23,363 nt of DNA from an uncultured virus (IMG/VR IMGVR_UViG_3300024308_000304) (Duplodnaviria; Heunggongvirae; Uroviricota; Caudoviricetes), in IMG/VR virus record IMGVR_UViG_3300024308_000304; one strand, written 5' to 3'. Below are positions 1 through 8,550 of the stretch, piece by piece; position 1 is the first letter of the stretch; every line of letters begins with the position of its first letter. A program made the position numbers and the translations under genes. A model generated the notes under the pieces. The model worked only from the letters and a program-made list of their open reading frames with translations. It was not told the origin of the DNA and made no database searches.

Positions 1-1
1 A

Positions 2-136
2 GATAAACGTTCAAAAAATCGTGCTGTTAAAAAAATTGAATCATATGATATATTCAATTTACCAGAAGAAAAAGATTTTATTTATTTTTATAGAGAGAAA
101 GAAATTAAGGAGGCAAAAGATAGAGGCGAATTTTAA
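2..136 (+). CDS. 3' end of a hypothetical protein (partial, begins before window)
   Basis: Frame 2 is open from base 2: DKRSKNRAVKKIESYDIFNLPEEKDFIYFYREKEIKEAKDRGEF*, TAA at 134-136, followed by a terminator hairpin at 152-171. Confidence 0.7.
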   Translation, partial: DKRSKNRAVKKIESYDIFNLPEEKDFIYFYREKEIKEAKDRGEF

Positions 137-151
137 TAAACATAAAAAATT

Positions 152-171
152 AAAGAGCCGTGAGGCTCTTT
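152..171. terminator. Bidirectional intrinsic terminator
   Basis: AAAGAGCC-GTGA-GGCTCTTT hairpin with A-run before and T-run after, between convergent stops (136 and 172). Confidence 0.85.
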
Positions 172-1332
172 TTATTGTGATTTTAATTCTTTTAATTCAA
201 TATCTCTTTGAGATTCCATAATATAAACAAGGTTTTCTTCAAATGGAATACCAATATAGTTATTATTTTGATTTTTAATTATTTGATAAGGACAACTACT
301 TTCAACATTATAATAACTGTTAAAAGATGTTTCTCTATCAAGCAGCTTTGAAAGAATATCTTCAATAATAGGATCATCTTCTGGAATGTCTAAAAATATT
401 TTTGAAAGTCTATTTCCCTCTAAATAGACAACTAAATCAGGATCTTTAACAGAATTTTCTTCTTGTTTTGTTAAAAACTCAACTTTATCAGGCAGGATAA
501 ATGCAATTTGAGTAGCTAAAGAATTAACATAAAGATCTAACGGAGCCATTCTAATTATTGAATTAAGAATAGACTTCATTTCTATGTTTTTTTCTTCTGG
601 CAAAAACTCGATGTCAGGTTTATTGCTATACCCCATTCTATATTTAGAAGTTGCACAATAAAAAGAATCAAATTTGTTAACAAGAGATGATATAGCTGGC
701 ATATAGAAATCTTCATCATTCATATTCTTAATTATATTTTTATAAACCATATAAAAATCACGCCAAAAAATAGGGATTAATAAAATTTCTTTGATAAGAT
801 CATTAATCGTAATATTTTTAAATTTAACATCTATATAGGTTTCTTCATGATTTTCTGAGGTGGGCATCATTTTTATACGAAGTATTTGATATGTATCAAT
901 ATTTTTTAATTCTACTGTTTCTGGTAATACATGAATGTTTTCTTTAAAATATATATTTCCATTATTAATTTCAGTAATTAAAGATGGTTGGTTCTTTTTC
1001 CAATAATTATTCAATGTATCATCTGCTTTTGATGGTAATGGGTGATGATGACTAAAAGACTTGCTTGATAACAAAAAAGCAGTCGTAGAAATAGTCGGAC
1101 GATTTAGATGGCTATTGAAATAATTTTGAAAATTAGTAATCCATTCTCTCAAATGAACGGTATAAGGAGCATCGGTCAATAAATTAGCCTTGAATAAATC
1201 AATAAATGTCTGCCACTGATTAATTGATTCAGTAATGCTTTCTTTTATATCAGGTATAAAACCATCCCATCGAGTGTACAATTCTATATAATCATCATAT
1301 TCTTGTATTCTGGTGGTTGCTCGTGTTCCCAT
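172..1332 (-). CDS. Hypothetical protein, MGTR...RWDG N-terminal family; paralog of 1334..2440
   Basis: 386 aa ORF with GGAG upstream; start is 1 nt from the upstream stop (likely coupled). Colinear similarity to the next ORF (MGTRATTRI/MGTSAVTRI, TRWDG, SFSHHH/SFNHHH, FWRD, ESQRDIELK/ESQRELELK). Confidence 0.85.
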   Translation of the reverse strand: MGTRATTRIQEYDDYIELYTRWDGFIPDIKESITESINQWQTFIDLFKANLLTDAPYTVHLREWITNFQNYFNSHLNRPTISTTAFLLSSKSFSHHHPLPSKADDTLNNYWKKNQPSLITEINNGNIYFKENIHVLPETVELKNIDTYQILRIKMMPTSENHEETYIDVKFKNITINDLIKEILLIPIFWRDFYMVYKNIIKNMNDEDFYMPAISSLVNKFDSFYCATSKYRMGYSNKPDIEFLPEEKNIEMKSILNSIIRMAPLDLYVNSLATQIAFILPDKVEFLTKQEENSVKDPDLVVYLEGNRLSKIFLDIPEDDPIIEDILSKLLDRETSFNSYYNVESSCPYQIIKNQNNNYIGIPFEENLVYIMESQRDIELKELKSQ

Positions 1333-1333
1333 T

Positions 1334-2440
1334 TTATTTTAACTCCAATTCTCTTTGTGATTCAAAAACTTTTACAATAGACTCTTCATAAGGTATCATT
1401 ACGTAGCCATTATCATAGTTCAAGCTAAAATCAGTGGATGCTGAACACTTATTATATTGAGTGTATTCAAGTTCTCTTTTAAACCATTCTTCTTCAATTT
1501 CTTTTTGCAATTCTGATGACATGTATGTCCCAATTGTTGTTAATCTTTTATCAACCAAGTCAATCATGAAACTTGGGGTGTATTCAGCATTCATTTCGGC
1601 TGTTGTAAGAGGTTCAACTTTACCCGGAAACCGCAACATCAAATGAGTTAAAAATGCTGATGAATACATATCAAAAGGAATTAGAGCAATCAACTCTTCA
1701 ATCAAATCATCTTTATACTCATTCAACCTTTCTGGCGTCAATTCTTGTTCTTGGTATCGACCATAAGCACTATAATCTTTAGATGGTATGTAAAACATAT
1801 TCAATTTACGAGCGAGTTTGTAAATACAATCAGAAATAAAATTATTTTCTTTTTTAGATGGACGATGGTTGATAATTTTTATGAAAGAATACAAATCCCG
1901 CCAGAACAAAGGCATTAAAAAAATCTCTTTCAAAAATAGATCCTTATCAATTCCCTTTAATTTAAAATCAAGTATCCCACTATTTGTTGTATGAATACTG
2001 ACGATACAGTATTCAGAACTAACAGGTTTACTTGAATACAATGGTTCATGATCTGAACTATTTTCTTTACAAATGATATTATTATCACTGATATTTGCAA
2101 TAAGATCAGGCATATCCACACCATAGTGATCCTCGTGTGGTTTTAAAATATGATGATGATTAAAAGAACGTCCAGAATACAGCATTGCTGTACTTTCTAA
2201 TGTAGGATTCTTACGATGATTATCAACTACATCTTCTAAATCATCAAGCCAAGATAGAAGTCCAGTAGTACCTTTATAATCATTTTGAATAGCCAACCTT
2301 AACCGATCTATAGAACATTTCCAATCATCAGCTAAATTAACTAAATGTTCTGACATAATTTCAAAAACTCCATCCCATCGAGTATGAAATGAAATATAAT
2401 CATAATCTTTGCAAATACGAGTAACTGCTGAGGTGCCCAT
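1334..2440 (-). CDS. Hypothetical protein, paralog of 172..1332
   Basis: 368 aa ORF with GGAG RBS and consensus promoter; full-length similarity to the downstream ORF. Confidence 0.85.
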   Translation of the reverse strand: MGTSAVTRICKDYDYISFHTRWDGVFEIMSEHLVNLADDWKCSIDRLRLAIQNDYKGTTGLLSWLDDLEDVVDNHRKNPTLESTAMLYSGRSFNHHHILKPHEDHYGVDMPDLIANISDNNIICKENSSDHEPLYSSKPVSSEYCIVSIHTTNSGILDFKLKGIDKDLFLKEIFLMPLFWRDLYSFIKIINHRPSKKENNFISDCIYKLARKLNMFYIPSKDYSAYGRYQEQELTPERLNEYKDDLIEELIALIPFDMYSSAFLTHLMLRFPGKVEPLTTAEMNAEYTPSFMIDLVDKRLTTIGTYMSSELQKEIEEEWFKRELEYTQYNKCSASTDFSLNYDNGYVMIPYEESIVKVFESQRELELK

Positions 2441-2464
2441 ATGAATATCTCCAATTTGGGCAAT

Positions 2465-2493
2465 ATTATATTAAATATAGGCTTTAAAGTCAA
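2465..2493 (-). promoter_or_regulatory. sigma70-type promoter TTGACT-17-TATAAT
   Basis: -35 at 2488-2493 (contains the uvsE TGA stop), -10 at 2465-2470. Confidence 0.85.
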
Positions 2494-3503
2494 GATAAGT
2501 AATTGTTGTAATACTCAATGACAGCTAAGTTTTTTGATTTAACTTCAAACATAATATCAAAATTTTCTAAAAATTGTTTAGCATATAAATTTGACCAATC
2601 GTTCCACATATAATCACTGTGTGCATATAAATCTTTCTTATTTACTACTTTGAGTAATTCTGGAATTTTTAATTTATCTGTTTTATTGAATCCTAAATCT
2701 TGCAAGAATTCTTTTGATTGAGAATAATGCATTGTAGGTCTTACTCCACGCCAACTGTCTATTACTTTTTTAATGCGATCATCATTAATGTCAATATAAT
2801 CATTTTCATTAATCCAGCAATGATGTATATCCAAAACAACAGGGGCTAAATCAGCAGTTTCCAAAACAGAATTCAACCCATATTTTTTCTCTTCATTTTC
2901 AAACGTAATGATATTTTTAGCTGTTGTACTTAATTTGTTGAACATAGCTCTAATCCCTTCTGGGCCTGATGCACCTGAAATATGTACATTACACTTAAAA
3001 TCTTGAAAACTAACTCCATAGCCCATCATACGAGCCATATCAGCATGATATTCAAACTCTTCAATGCTCTTTTTAACAATATCATCAGAATGAGAAGCCA
3101 ATACACAAAATTGCCCCGGATGAAATGACAAACGAATATTATTAGTTCGAGCAAAGTGACCAATAATAGAAAATTTAGATTCCATCAAATCTTTAAATTC
3201 AGAGAGTGTATAAAGAAATTTCCATTTTGGATGGCTATATAAAGGCAATATATCACTACTGATACGATACATATGTAATGCAGAATCAAGCGTAGTAACA
3301 TAGCGAAGAGAGTTTTGTATTGAATTTAAATTATGTTCAACAACTTCATAAAGTCGTTCAGTTGCTACATCTAAATGAACACTACTCATCCACTTAGCTG
3401 TCACTGTTCTGGTATTGAATGTGCGTTCAATATTTTCTATTTCTTTTTTAGACAAACTTCTATCATTATGCATGTATTTACAAGCAAAACCTAATCTAAA
3501 CAT
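2490..3503 (-). CDS. uvsE: UV DNA damage repair endonuclease (UvsE/UVDE family)
   Basis: Motifs RLGFACK, YRISSDILP, RLSFHPGQFCVLAS, EFEYH, NVHISG, ENEE, LDIHH, HYSQS, AHSD, MFEVKSKNLA. Start moved to ATG 3503 (AAGAGGG RBS), 337 aa. Confidence 0.93.
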   Translation of the reverse strand: MFRLGFACKYMHNDRSLSKKEIENIERTFNTRTVTAKWMSSVHLDVATERLYEVVEHNLNSIQNSLRYVTTLDSALHMYRISSDILPLYSHPKWKFLYTLSEFKDLMESKFSIIGHFARTNNIRLSFHPGQFCVLASHSDDIVKKSIEEFEYHADMARMMGYGVSFQDFKCNVHISGASGPEGIRAMFNKLSTTAKNIITFENEEKKYGLNSVLETADLAPVVLDIHHCWINENDYIDINDDRIKKVIDSWRGVRPTMHYSQSKEFLQDLGFNKTDKLKIPELLKVVNKKDLYAHSDYMWNDWSNLYAKQFLENFDIMFEVKSKNLAVIEYYNNYLS

Positions 3504-3525
3504 ATAATGCCCTCTTGATGAAGAC

Positions 3526-3553
3526 ATTATATATTATAGATAGCGAATTTCAA
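3526..3553 (-). promoter_or_regulatory. sigma70-type promoter TTGAAA-16-TATAAT (uvsE)
   Basis: -35 at 3548-3553, -10 at 3526-3531, upstream of the RBS for ATG 3503. Confidence 0.55.
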
Positions 3554-3563
3554 ACAATACTCA

Positions 3564-4292
3564 TTAGCGATTATTCATTGCTTCTGAAAAGCTTTTATGA
3601 CTTGCCAATGTCAAAATAGAGAGCTTAATCTCTTTCAAGCATGGATAGGCACATTTATAATCATCACCTTTCTCTATAAACTTTGGCATTAGCTCATAGG
3701 TATAATTAGAAACACCACAATCTAAAGACTGTTCGATAAGCTGAACAATAAAGTCAATGTTTTGTTGTTCAAACGCCATATATTTTTCATCATCTTCATC
3801 AAGAGTTTTGAAGTTTTCAAGAAATTTTTTATGACGATGATCAATCATATCACAGTAAGCATTATATTCATCTAAATTACGCCAACTTGATGGTTTGGGC
3901 TTTGAATTGGATGACGGCAGAATACTCATAGTAATCTCTAGATTTGGTGTAAAACCAACATTATGTGTACAATAGATACCATTTTCATCAAAGATCTTAT
4001 CAAGTTTATTATAAATGCCTTGAATATAACCAGAAACCTTACTGAAATTCATATCTTCGCTTTCTTGAGATACTTCAAGCTCTCTAATACGAGAATTTAG
4101 CTTTCTGATAGTATCAACTTCATTGAAACGAACCCCTAAGTCAATTAAAGCTGATTTCATGCTGCTATGATTACTCTTCATCATATCAAGAGTTTGCTCA
4201 TCAAAGTTACGCCCACTTAGAAGAGACAAAAATAGAGAATTCATCTCAAGGTATTTCTTAATTGCATTTTCTTTAAACTCGTGTTCATTCAT
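3564..4292 (-). CDS. Hypothetical protein
   Basis: 242 aa ORF, AAGGA RBS, overlaps upstream gene end by 8 nt. Confidence 0.8.
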   Translation of the reverse strand: MNEHEFKENAIKKYLEMNSLFLSLLSGRNFDEQTLDMMKSNHSSMKSALIDLGVRFNEVDTIRKLNSRIRELEVSQESEDMNFSKVSGYIQGIYNKLDKIFDENGIYCTHNVGFTPNLEITMSILPSSNSKPKPSSWRNLDEYNAYCDMIDHRHKKFLENFKTLDEDDEKYMAFEQQNIDFIVQLIEQSLDCGVSNYTYELMPKFIEKGDDYKCAYPCLKEIKLSILTLASHKSFSEAMNNR

Positions 4293-4935
4293 GGTTAGAT
4301 TCCTTATTTAGTTCTTCATTGTAAGTCTTTTGAATATTAATTCGCATAGTATCTTGTTTGTTAACAGTACATTTATAACGGAATCTATTTTTTTGGAATG
4401 CATTAAAGTGATCATAATCAATGCCTTCTAACAAATACTCATTTTTAAATGTGACTGATAATTGATTGTCTGTTATACTTAATTGATCAATATCAACTTG
4501 AAAAACCCTTCTAAGACTATGACTGGATAAAATGTTATTATGATCATTATTACGAAGATAATCAAAAAAATCTTGTCGATATTTTTCAATAATAGATTCA
4601 ACTTGAGGATCAGTAATCATAATGTTAAGGCCAATTTCAACAGCATGCAAATATTGCGAACTTATATTATAATTCTTGATAAAAAGACTACGAGACTGTG
4701 CAACATCTTGTAAACCATACTTTAATAAAATCTGATTTCCATAAAGTTTTGAGTTATCAGGGTAATTGAAGTAGTCAACAATTTTTTTAATATTACTTGG
4801 GCTTGAAATAAAATACTCATCCCTGATTTTATCTAATGTATTATAAAACGGCATCAAGAATCCAAATATTTTTTCATCTTCAAAATATTCTATGTCCATT
4901 AGAGATGGCATTTTATGTAAGAGATTGATGTGCAT
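4285..4935 (-). CDS. Hypothetical protein
   Basis: 216 aa ORF, AAGGAG RBS at 4942-4947, consensus promoter upstream. Confidence 0.8.
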   Translation of the reverse strand: MHINLLHKMPSLMDIEYFEDEKIFGFLMPFYNTLDKIRDEYFISSPSNIKKIVDYFNYPDNSKLYGNQILLKYGLQDVAQSRSLFIKNYNISSQYLHAVEIGLNIMITDPQVESIIEKYRQDFFDYLRNNDHNNILSSHSLRRVFQVDIDQLSITDNQLSVTFKNEYLLEGIDYDHFNAFQKNRFRYKCTVNKQDTMRINIQKTYNEELNKESNHE

Positions 4936-4959
4936 TAAATGCTCCTTTAAAGTAGAGCA

Positions 4960-4988
4960 ATTATATAATAAAATAAGAAAAGAGTCAA
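4960..4988 (-). promoter_or_regulatory. sigma70-type promoter TTGACT-17-TATAAT
   Basis: -35 at 4983-4988, -10 at 4960-4965. Confidence 0.85.
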
Positions 4989-5010
4989 CAATGTTATTGA
5001 AGACAAAAAT

Positions 5011-5030
5011 AAAGCCTCTTGAGAGGCTTT
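5011..5030 (-). terminator. Intrinsic terminator
   Basis: AAAGCCTC-TTGA-GAGGCTTT hairpin directly after the stop of 5029..5424, followed on the minus strand by ATTTTT. Confidence 0.8.
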
Positions 5031-5424
5031 AAATTGAAATCATTTCACCAAGCATAATGTCATCATCAGAAATTACAACTTCTTCTGCAAAGTCTCGACC
5101 TTGAGCAATAATAACTTCTTCCACAATTAAAAGTAATTTAAGAAATCCTTTTTCAATAAAACGTTTGTTATGTTTATTCATAAGAACATAGAAACCTTCA
5201 TCTGCATCTTTAATACCTTTTTGCAAATCTTTACTTTTGAGTGATGATACAGAAACTCTATTTTGAAGATTCTTATGTTTGATTACAAACAGATAATCTG
5301 GATTTTTCTCAACAATTTTTTCTTTTACACGAATTACAAGTTGCTTATAAAATGTACGACGATTGATTTCCATTTGTTTCTTAGTTACTTTTTTTGGCTT
5401 TTTAGCTACAGTTTCTGAGGTCAT
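5029..5424 (-). CDS. Hypothetical basic protein with acidic/EMISI C-terminus
   Basis: Start moved to ATG 5424 (AAGGAG RBS); the track's TTG start is the promoter -35 box. 131 aa. Confidence 0.8.
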   Translation of the reverse strand: MTSETVAKKPKKVTKKQMEINRRTFYKQLVIRVKEKIVEKNPDYLFVIKHKNLQNRVSVSSLKSKDLQKGIKDADEGFYVLMNKHNKRFIEKGFLKLLLIVEEVIIAQGRDFAEEVVISDDDIMLGEMISI

Positions 5425-5446
5425 TTTTCTCTCCTTTCTTGATAAT

Positions 5447-5475
5447 ATTATACCAAAAAAGTTAGAAAAAGTCAA
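5447..5475 (-). promoter_or_regulatory. sigma70-type promoter TTGACT-17-TATAAT with extended -10
   Basis: -35 at 5470-5475, TGG-TATAAT with -10 at 5447-5452. Confidence 0.85.
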
Positions 5476-5510
5476 TTAAATTATGACTTTAAAACCTCTC
5501 TAATATGTTG

Positions 5511-5539
5511 ATTTTAAAGCATTTTTTTATTATTGTCAA
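5511..5539 (-). promoter_or_regulatory. Second (tandem/orphan) promoter TTGACA-17-TAAAAT
   Basis: -35 at 5534-5539, -10 at 5511-5516. Confidence 0.65.
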
Positions 5540-5544
5540 CTATT

Positions 5545-6156
5545 TTAAAAATATTTATGAAGCCCCTGAATGATTACCATTATCAACATAATAGACACCA
5601 ACCAAATGCTTACATTTTTACACATAGATTTCAATGCTTCTTGATTCATGATTTTTTCTAATTCTTCTTGTAGATTTTGTGAAACTAATTTCACATTATT
5701 TTCAAACTCATTAGAAAATTTAGAACTTAAAGTGGGTTCAGCAATGTGGACTAAAGAATATAAACCAATTTCGCCAGAAACTTCGTATGTCTGGTCTTTT
5801 TCATTTTCAATATAGCTCAAATTTTGAACAAAATTGCAAGATGAATTCTTCAATAACTCTGAAAACTCAAATTCGGCTTCTTCTTTATTTAAGCAATCAG
5901 ATATTTTAAATGGTTTTATGAATTCTATTTCATAGTCTTCATGATCTTGAGAATTGATAATTTCTTTGAAAGGAAGCGTCTTATAAACAGAAAGCTCACT
6001 GACAGACACCGCAACATCGTCATGAAGCTCAAGAGAAAGGTATCGACCTTTTTCAAACATTGATGGTAGTTTAACTTTTTTTATAGATTTGTGTCTAATT
6101 GTTTCAATAGAATGAAATCCATCTTCAAATCCAATAACTTTCCCTGTGATTGTCAT
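5545..6156 (-). CDS. Hypothetical protein with C-terminal transmembrane anchor
   Basis: 203 aa; hydrophobic segment VSIWLVSIMLIMVIIQGL near the C-terminus; AAGGT RBS. Confidence 0.8.
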   Translation of the reverse strand: MTITGKVIGFEDGFHSIETIRHKSIKKVKLPSMFEKGRYLSLELHDDVAVSVSELSVYKTLPFKEIINSQDHEDYEIEFIKPFKISDCLNKEEAEFEFSELLKNSSCNFVQNLSYIENEKDQTYEVSGEIGLYSLVHIAEPTLSSKFSNEFENNVKLVSQNLQEELEKIMNQEALKSMCKNVSIWLVSIMLIMVIIQGLHKYF

Positions 6157-6179
6157 GATATTTTACCTTGTTTTTTGGA

Positions 6180-6207
6180 ATTATAACAAGGTAATAAACA
6201 GTTTCAA
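6180..6207 (-). promoter_or_regulatory. Promoter TTGAAA-16-TATAAT (extended -10) embedded in a 10-bp inverted repeat
   Basis: -35 at 6202-6207, TGT-TATAAT with -10 at 6180-6185; inverted repeat arms at 6163-6172 and 6185-6194. Confidence 0.65.
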
Positions 6208-6214
6208 TAACAAG

Positions 6215-7075
6215 TTATCGTTTTTTTCCTTGCAAGCCACCTGTATGGCATAAAATAAGGGTTTTATCATGAAACATTTCTTTTTCTACCATATCAAAAA
6301 ATGCATAAAACATTTTTCCACTGTAGACAGGTTCAATTTCGAAACCATATCTGTTTTGAAAATCTTCAATAAAACTATTTAATACCTCATTTGATTTTGC
6401 ATAACCACCAAAATGATAATCACTCACAATATCAAACTGAGACTTATCAGAAAATGATGTTAAAGTATTAACAATATCTGGTTCAGTTCCTTTCAAAACA
6501 TTGACAGCATAAACCAATTCATTGCTTAAAAGGTTAGCATTAATGCCCGAAACAGTGCCTGCTGAGCCACAAGGCACAAAGATGCCGTCAAAAGTAACTT
6601 CATCTCTAATCTCATCTAACATATCTTTAAAGCCATCAATAGCAAATAGAGTTGTACCACCTTCTGGAACAACATAAGCATTATTATCTTTCATCAATTG
6701 ATTAATATAGTCATCATTATAACGTTTCTTGTATTCATCACGAGAAACAAAACGAAGTTCCATCCCATTCTCTTGTGCAAAAATCAAAGTTGAGTTTAAT
6801 GGTTTACTGGCAAGTTCCTCACCCCGAATAATACCAATCGATTTGATACCTAATTCTTTACAAGCATAAGAGAATGCATGAATATGATTAGAATAAGCAC
6901 CACCAAATGTAACAGCAGTATCAAAACCCAATGATTTAATATGCTTTAAAAGATAATGGCATTTACGCCATTTATTACCAGAAATAAAAGGATGAATGAG
7001 ATCATCTCGTTTTACATAAACATTAAGATTGTATTTTTGAAAGAGTGGGTGTTGGATTTTTTGAAGTGGACTCAT
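6215..7075 (-). CDS. PLP-dependent D-cysteine desulfhydrase / ACC deaminase family enzyme (desulfhydrase-type residues)
   Basis: KRDDLIHPFISGNKWRK (PLP lysine), TFGGAYSNH, PEGG, GSAGT, EPVYSGK, HTGGLQG. Start moved to ATG 7075 (AAAGG RBS), 286 aa. Confidence 0.88.
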   Translation of the reverse strand: MSPLQKIQHPLFQKYNLNVYVKRDDLIHPFISGNKWRKCHYLLKHIKSLGFDTAVTFGGAYSNHIHAFSYACKELGIKSIGIIRGEELASKPLNSTLIFAQENGMELRFVSRDEYKKRYNDDYINQLMKDNNAYVVPEGGTTLFAIDGFKDMLDEIRDEVTFDGIFVPCGSAGTVSGINANLLSNELVYAVNVLKGTEPDIVNTLTSFSDKSQFDIVSDYHFGGYAKSNEVLNSFIEDFQNRYGFEIEPVYSGKMFYAFFDMVEKEMFHDKTLILCHTGGLQGKKR

Positions 7076-7104
7076 ACGACTATCGCCTTTAAATTTAAAA
7101 AGCA

Positions 7105-7133
7105 ATTATATCATAATTCATCGTCTTCATCAA
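7105..7133 (-). promoter_or_regulatory. Promoter TTGATG-17-TATAAT (extended -10), overlapping the upstream gene end
   Basis: -35 at 7128-7133 inside 7111..7647; TGA-TATAAT with -10 at 7105-7110. Confidence 0.7.
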
Positions 7134-7647
7134 TAAGATAAAAGGTTTCACTCTTTAAAGTTCTCAATAATTCTGTCCAATCTTTCATCTCTTCTGGTAG
7201 TGTTTTAGAATCATTTTCAAATAAAAATTCCATATTTCTAATATAGTTATTTGATTTTATTTTAGTTGTTAATTCAGACACAATCATTAAAACGTCATTC
7301 AATCTATTAGAATTGTAATGTAACTGCTCATTGTATATATCCTGTAAAATACTGTCTATGTCAAAAATAAGCATGTATTTAACACTTTCTTCATCAATTT
7401 TAGTATATTCGAATATACAATTCTTTTTTAATGAAACAGTCATTCTTTTTCTAAAGTTATGTAATCTTGTAAAATAAAAATCGTAGTCTTTCAGTTCTGG
7501 GATTTTTTTATCCAAAATTTCTTTAGGGTCGTCCATCCATTCTTCTAATGTAGAATGAAGTAGACTTTCAGCCTGTTCCTTAAAATAACGGTAAGGAATA
7601 ATTTTGCGGCTAACAGATGATAGTGAAATTACAAATTTATTAGTCAT
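7111..7647 (-). CDS. Hypothetical protein
   Basis: 178 aa ORF, AGGA RBS, candidate promoter TTGACA-16-TAACAT at 7673-7700. Confidence 0.8.
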   Translation of the reverse strand: MTNKFVISLSSVSRKIIPYRYFKEQAESLLHSTLEEWMDDPKEILDKKIPELKDYDFYFTRLHNFRKRMTVSLKKNCIFEYTKIDEESVKYMLIFDIDSILQDIYNEQLHYNSNRLNDVLMIVSELTTKIKSNNYIRNMEFLFENDSKTLPEEMKDWTELLRTLKSETFYLIDEDDEL

Positions 7648-7718
7648 GGAATTATCCTAATTTAGTGATAATATGTTATCTAAAAATGTGGGTTTGTCAA
7701 TGATCAGGAGTAATAGAT

Positions 7719-7747
7719 TTGACTTTTTATTATTTTAAAAGTATTAT
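7719..7747 (+). promoter_or_regulatory. Promoter TTGACT-17-TATTAT (divergent pair with 7673-7700)
   Basis: -35 at 7719-7724, -10 at 7742-7747, GGAGGT RBS at 7761-7766. Confidence 0.8.
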
Positions 7748-7769
7748 ACAGCAAACTATTGGAGGTAAT

Positions 7770-8525
7770 ATGTATAAAAGAATTCTTACTAGTGTGATTG
7801 CTGGTCTTTGTGTTATGACGGCTGTTGCAGATGAAAAAGTACCACAAAAAAACGAAAAAGAACTTGTAGTAGAAGCTGAAAATAAAGTTGACCTTACTTA
7901 TGAAGATTTAAAGTTAGGCGATGTAAAACATTTAAAACTTATTGCTGACTATGGAAAACTTACACCAAGAAATAAAAATGAAGAAAAACCAAATGATGTA
8001 TTATATACTACATTTAAAGACTATTATGATATCTTACTAAAAAGTGGACAACTATCAGAGAAAGACAGAATTGCATTTGCTAAATTAGATTTAGATATTA
8101 AAGTAATTGAAATGAAAAACCAAATGTATAGAGAAAATAAACGTGCCCTGTTCATTGATACGACAAAAGAAGAAATAAACACAGAATGCTTTAACAGAGT
8201 TTATTATAACTTCAAAACATGTTTCGATTATGGGTTCGGAAAAGTATATTCTATACAAAATACAGAAGAAAGAGACAGTCCTAAACAAGCTGAAAATGAA
8301 GCAGATAAAATTATAGAAGAACTTAAATCAAGGGGCTTCAAGAAAGATAGTGGTTTCTATGTTAAAGGAGATCTAAAATATGAATTGAAAACCAATGGAA
8401 CAACATTGGAAACATTCATGACTAAAACATCTCTTGAAAATGATAAAAAGTTACGTTTGAAAGAATTAAAAGAATTGAGATACAAAAAAACAATTCAAGA
8501 TCATTTAAAATATTTAGAACAATAA
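7770..8525 (+). CDS. Secreted/periplasmic hypothetical protein with Sec signal peptide
   Basis: Start moved to ATG 7770 (GGAGGT RBS); MYKRILTSVIAGLCVMTAVA|DEK has basic n-region, hydrophobic h-region and A-x-A site; 251 aa. Confidence 0.82.
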   Translation: MYKRILTSVIAGLCVMTAVADEKVPQKNEKELVVEAENKVDLTYEDLKLGDVKHLKLIADYGKLTPRNKNEEKPNDVLYTTFKDYYDILLKSGQLSEKDRIAFAKLDLDIKVIEMKNQMYRENKRALFIDTTKEEINTECFNRVYYNFKTCFDYGFGKVYSIQNTEERDSPKQAENEADKIIEELKSRGFKKDSGFYVKGDLKYELKTNGTTLETFMTKTSLENDKKLRLKELKELRYKKTIQDHLKYLEQ

Positions 8526-8528
8526 TAT

Positions 8529-8550
8529 AAAAGCCACTGATGTGGCTTTT
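8529..8550. terminator. Bidirectional intrinsic terminator
   Basis: AAAAGCCAC-TGAT-GTGGCTTTT between convergent stops at 8525 and 8551. Confidence 0.88.

Noticed and set aside
21..221. 66-aa + strand ORF in the track
   Set aside because: Runs through the terminator and into the convergent gene; frame 2 (2..136) gives a more protein-like sequence ending just before the hairpin.
1461..1646. 61-aa + strand ORF
   Set aside because: Antisense shadow inside a conserved paralog; no RBS or promoter seen.
6956..7141. 61-aa + strand ORF
   Set aside because: Antisense to the desulfhydrase start and its promoter; no supporting signals.
8091..8288. 65-aa hydrophobic - strand ORF
   Set aside because: Phe-rich because it is the antisense of Lys/Glu codons in 7770..8525.
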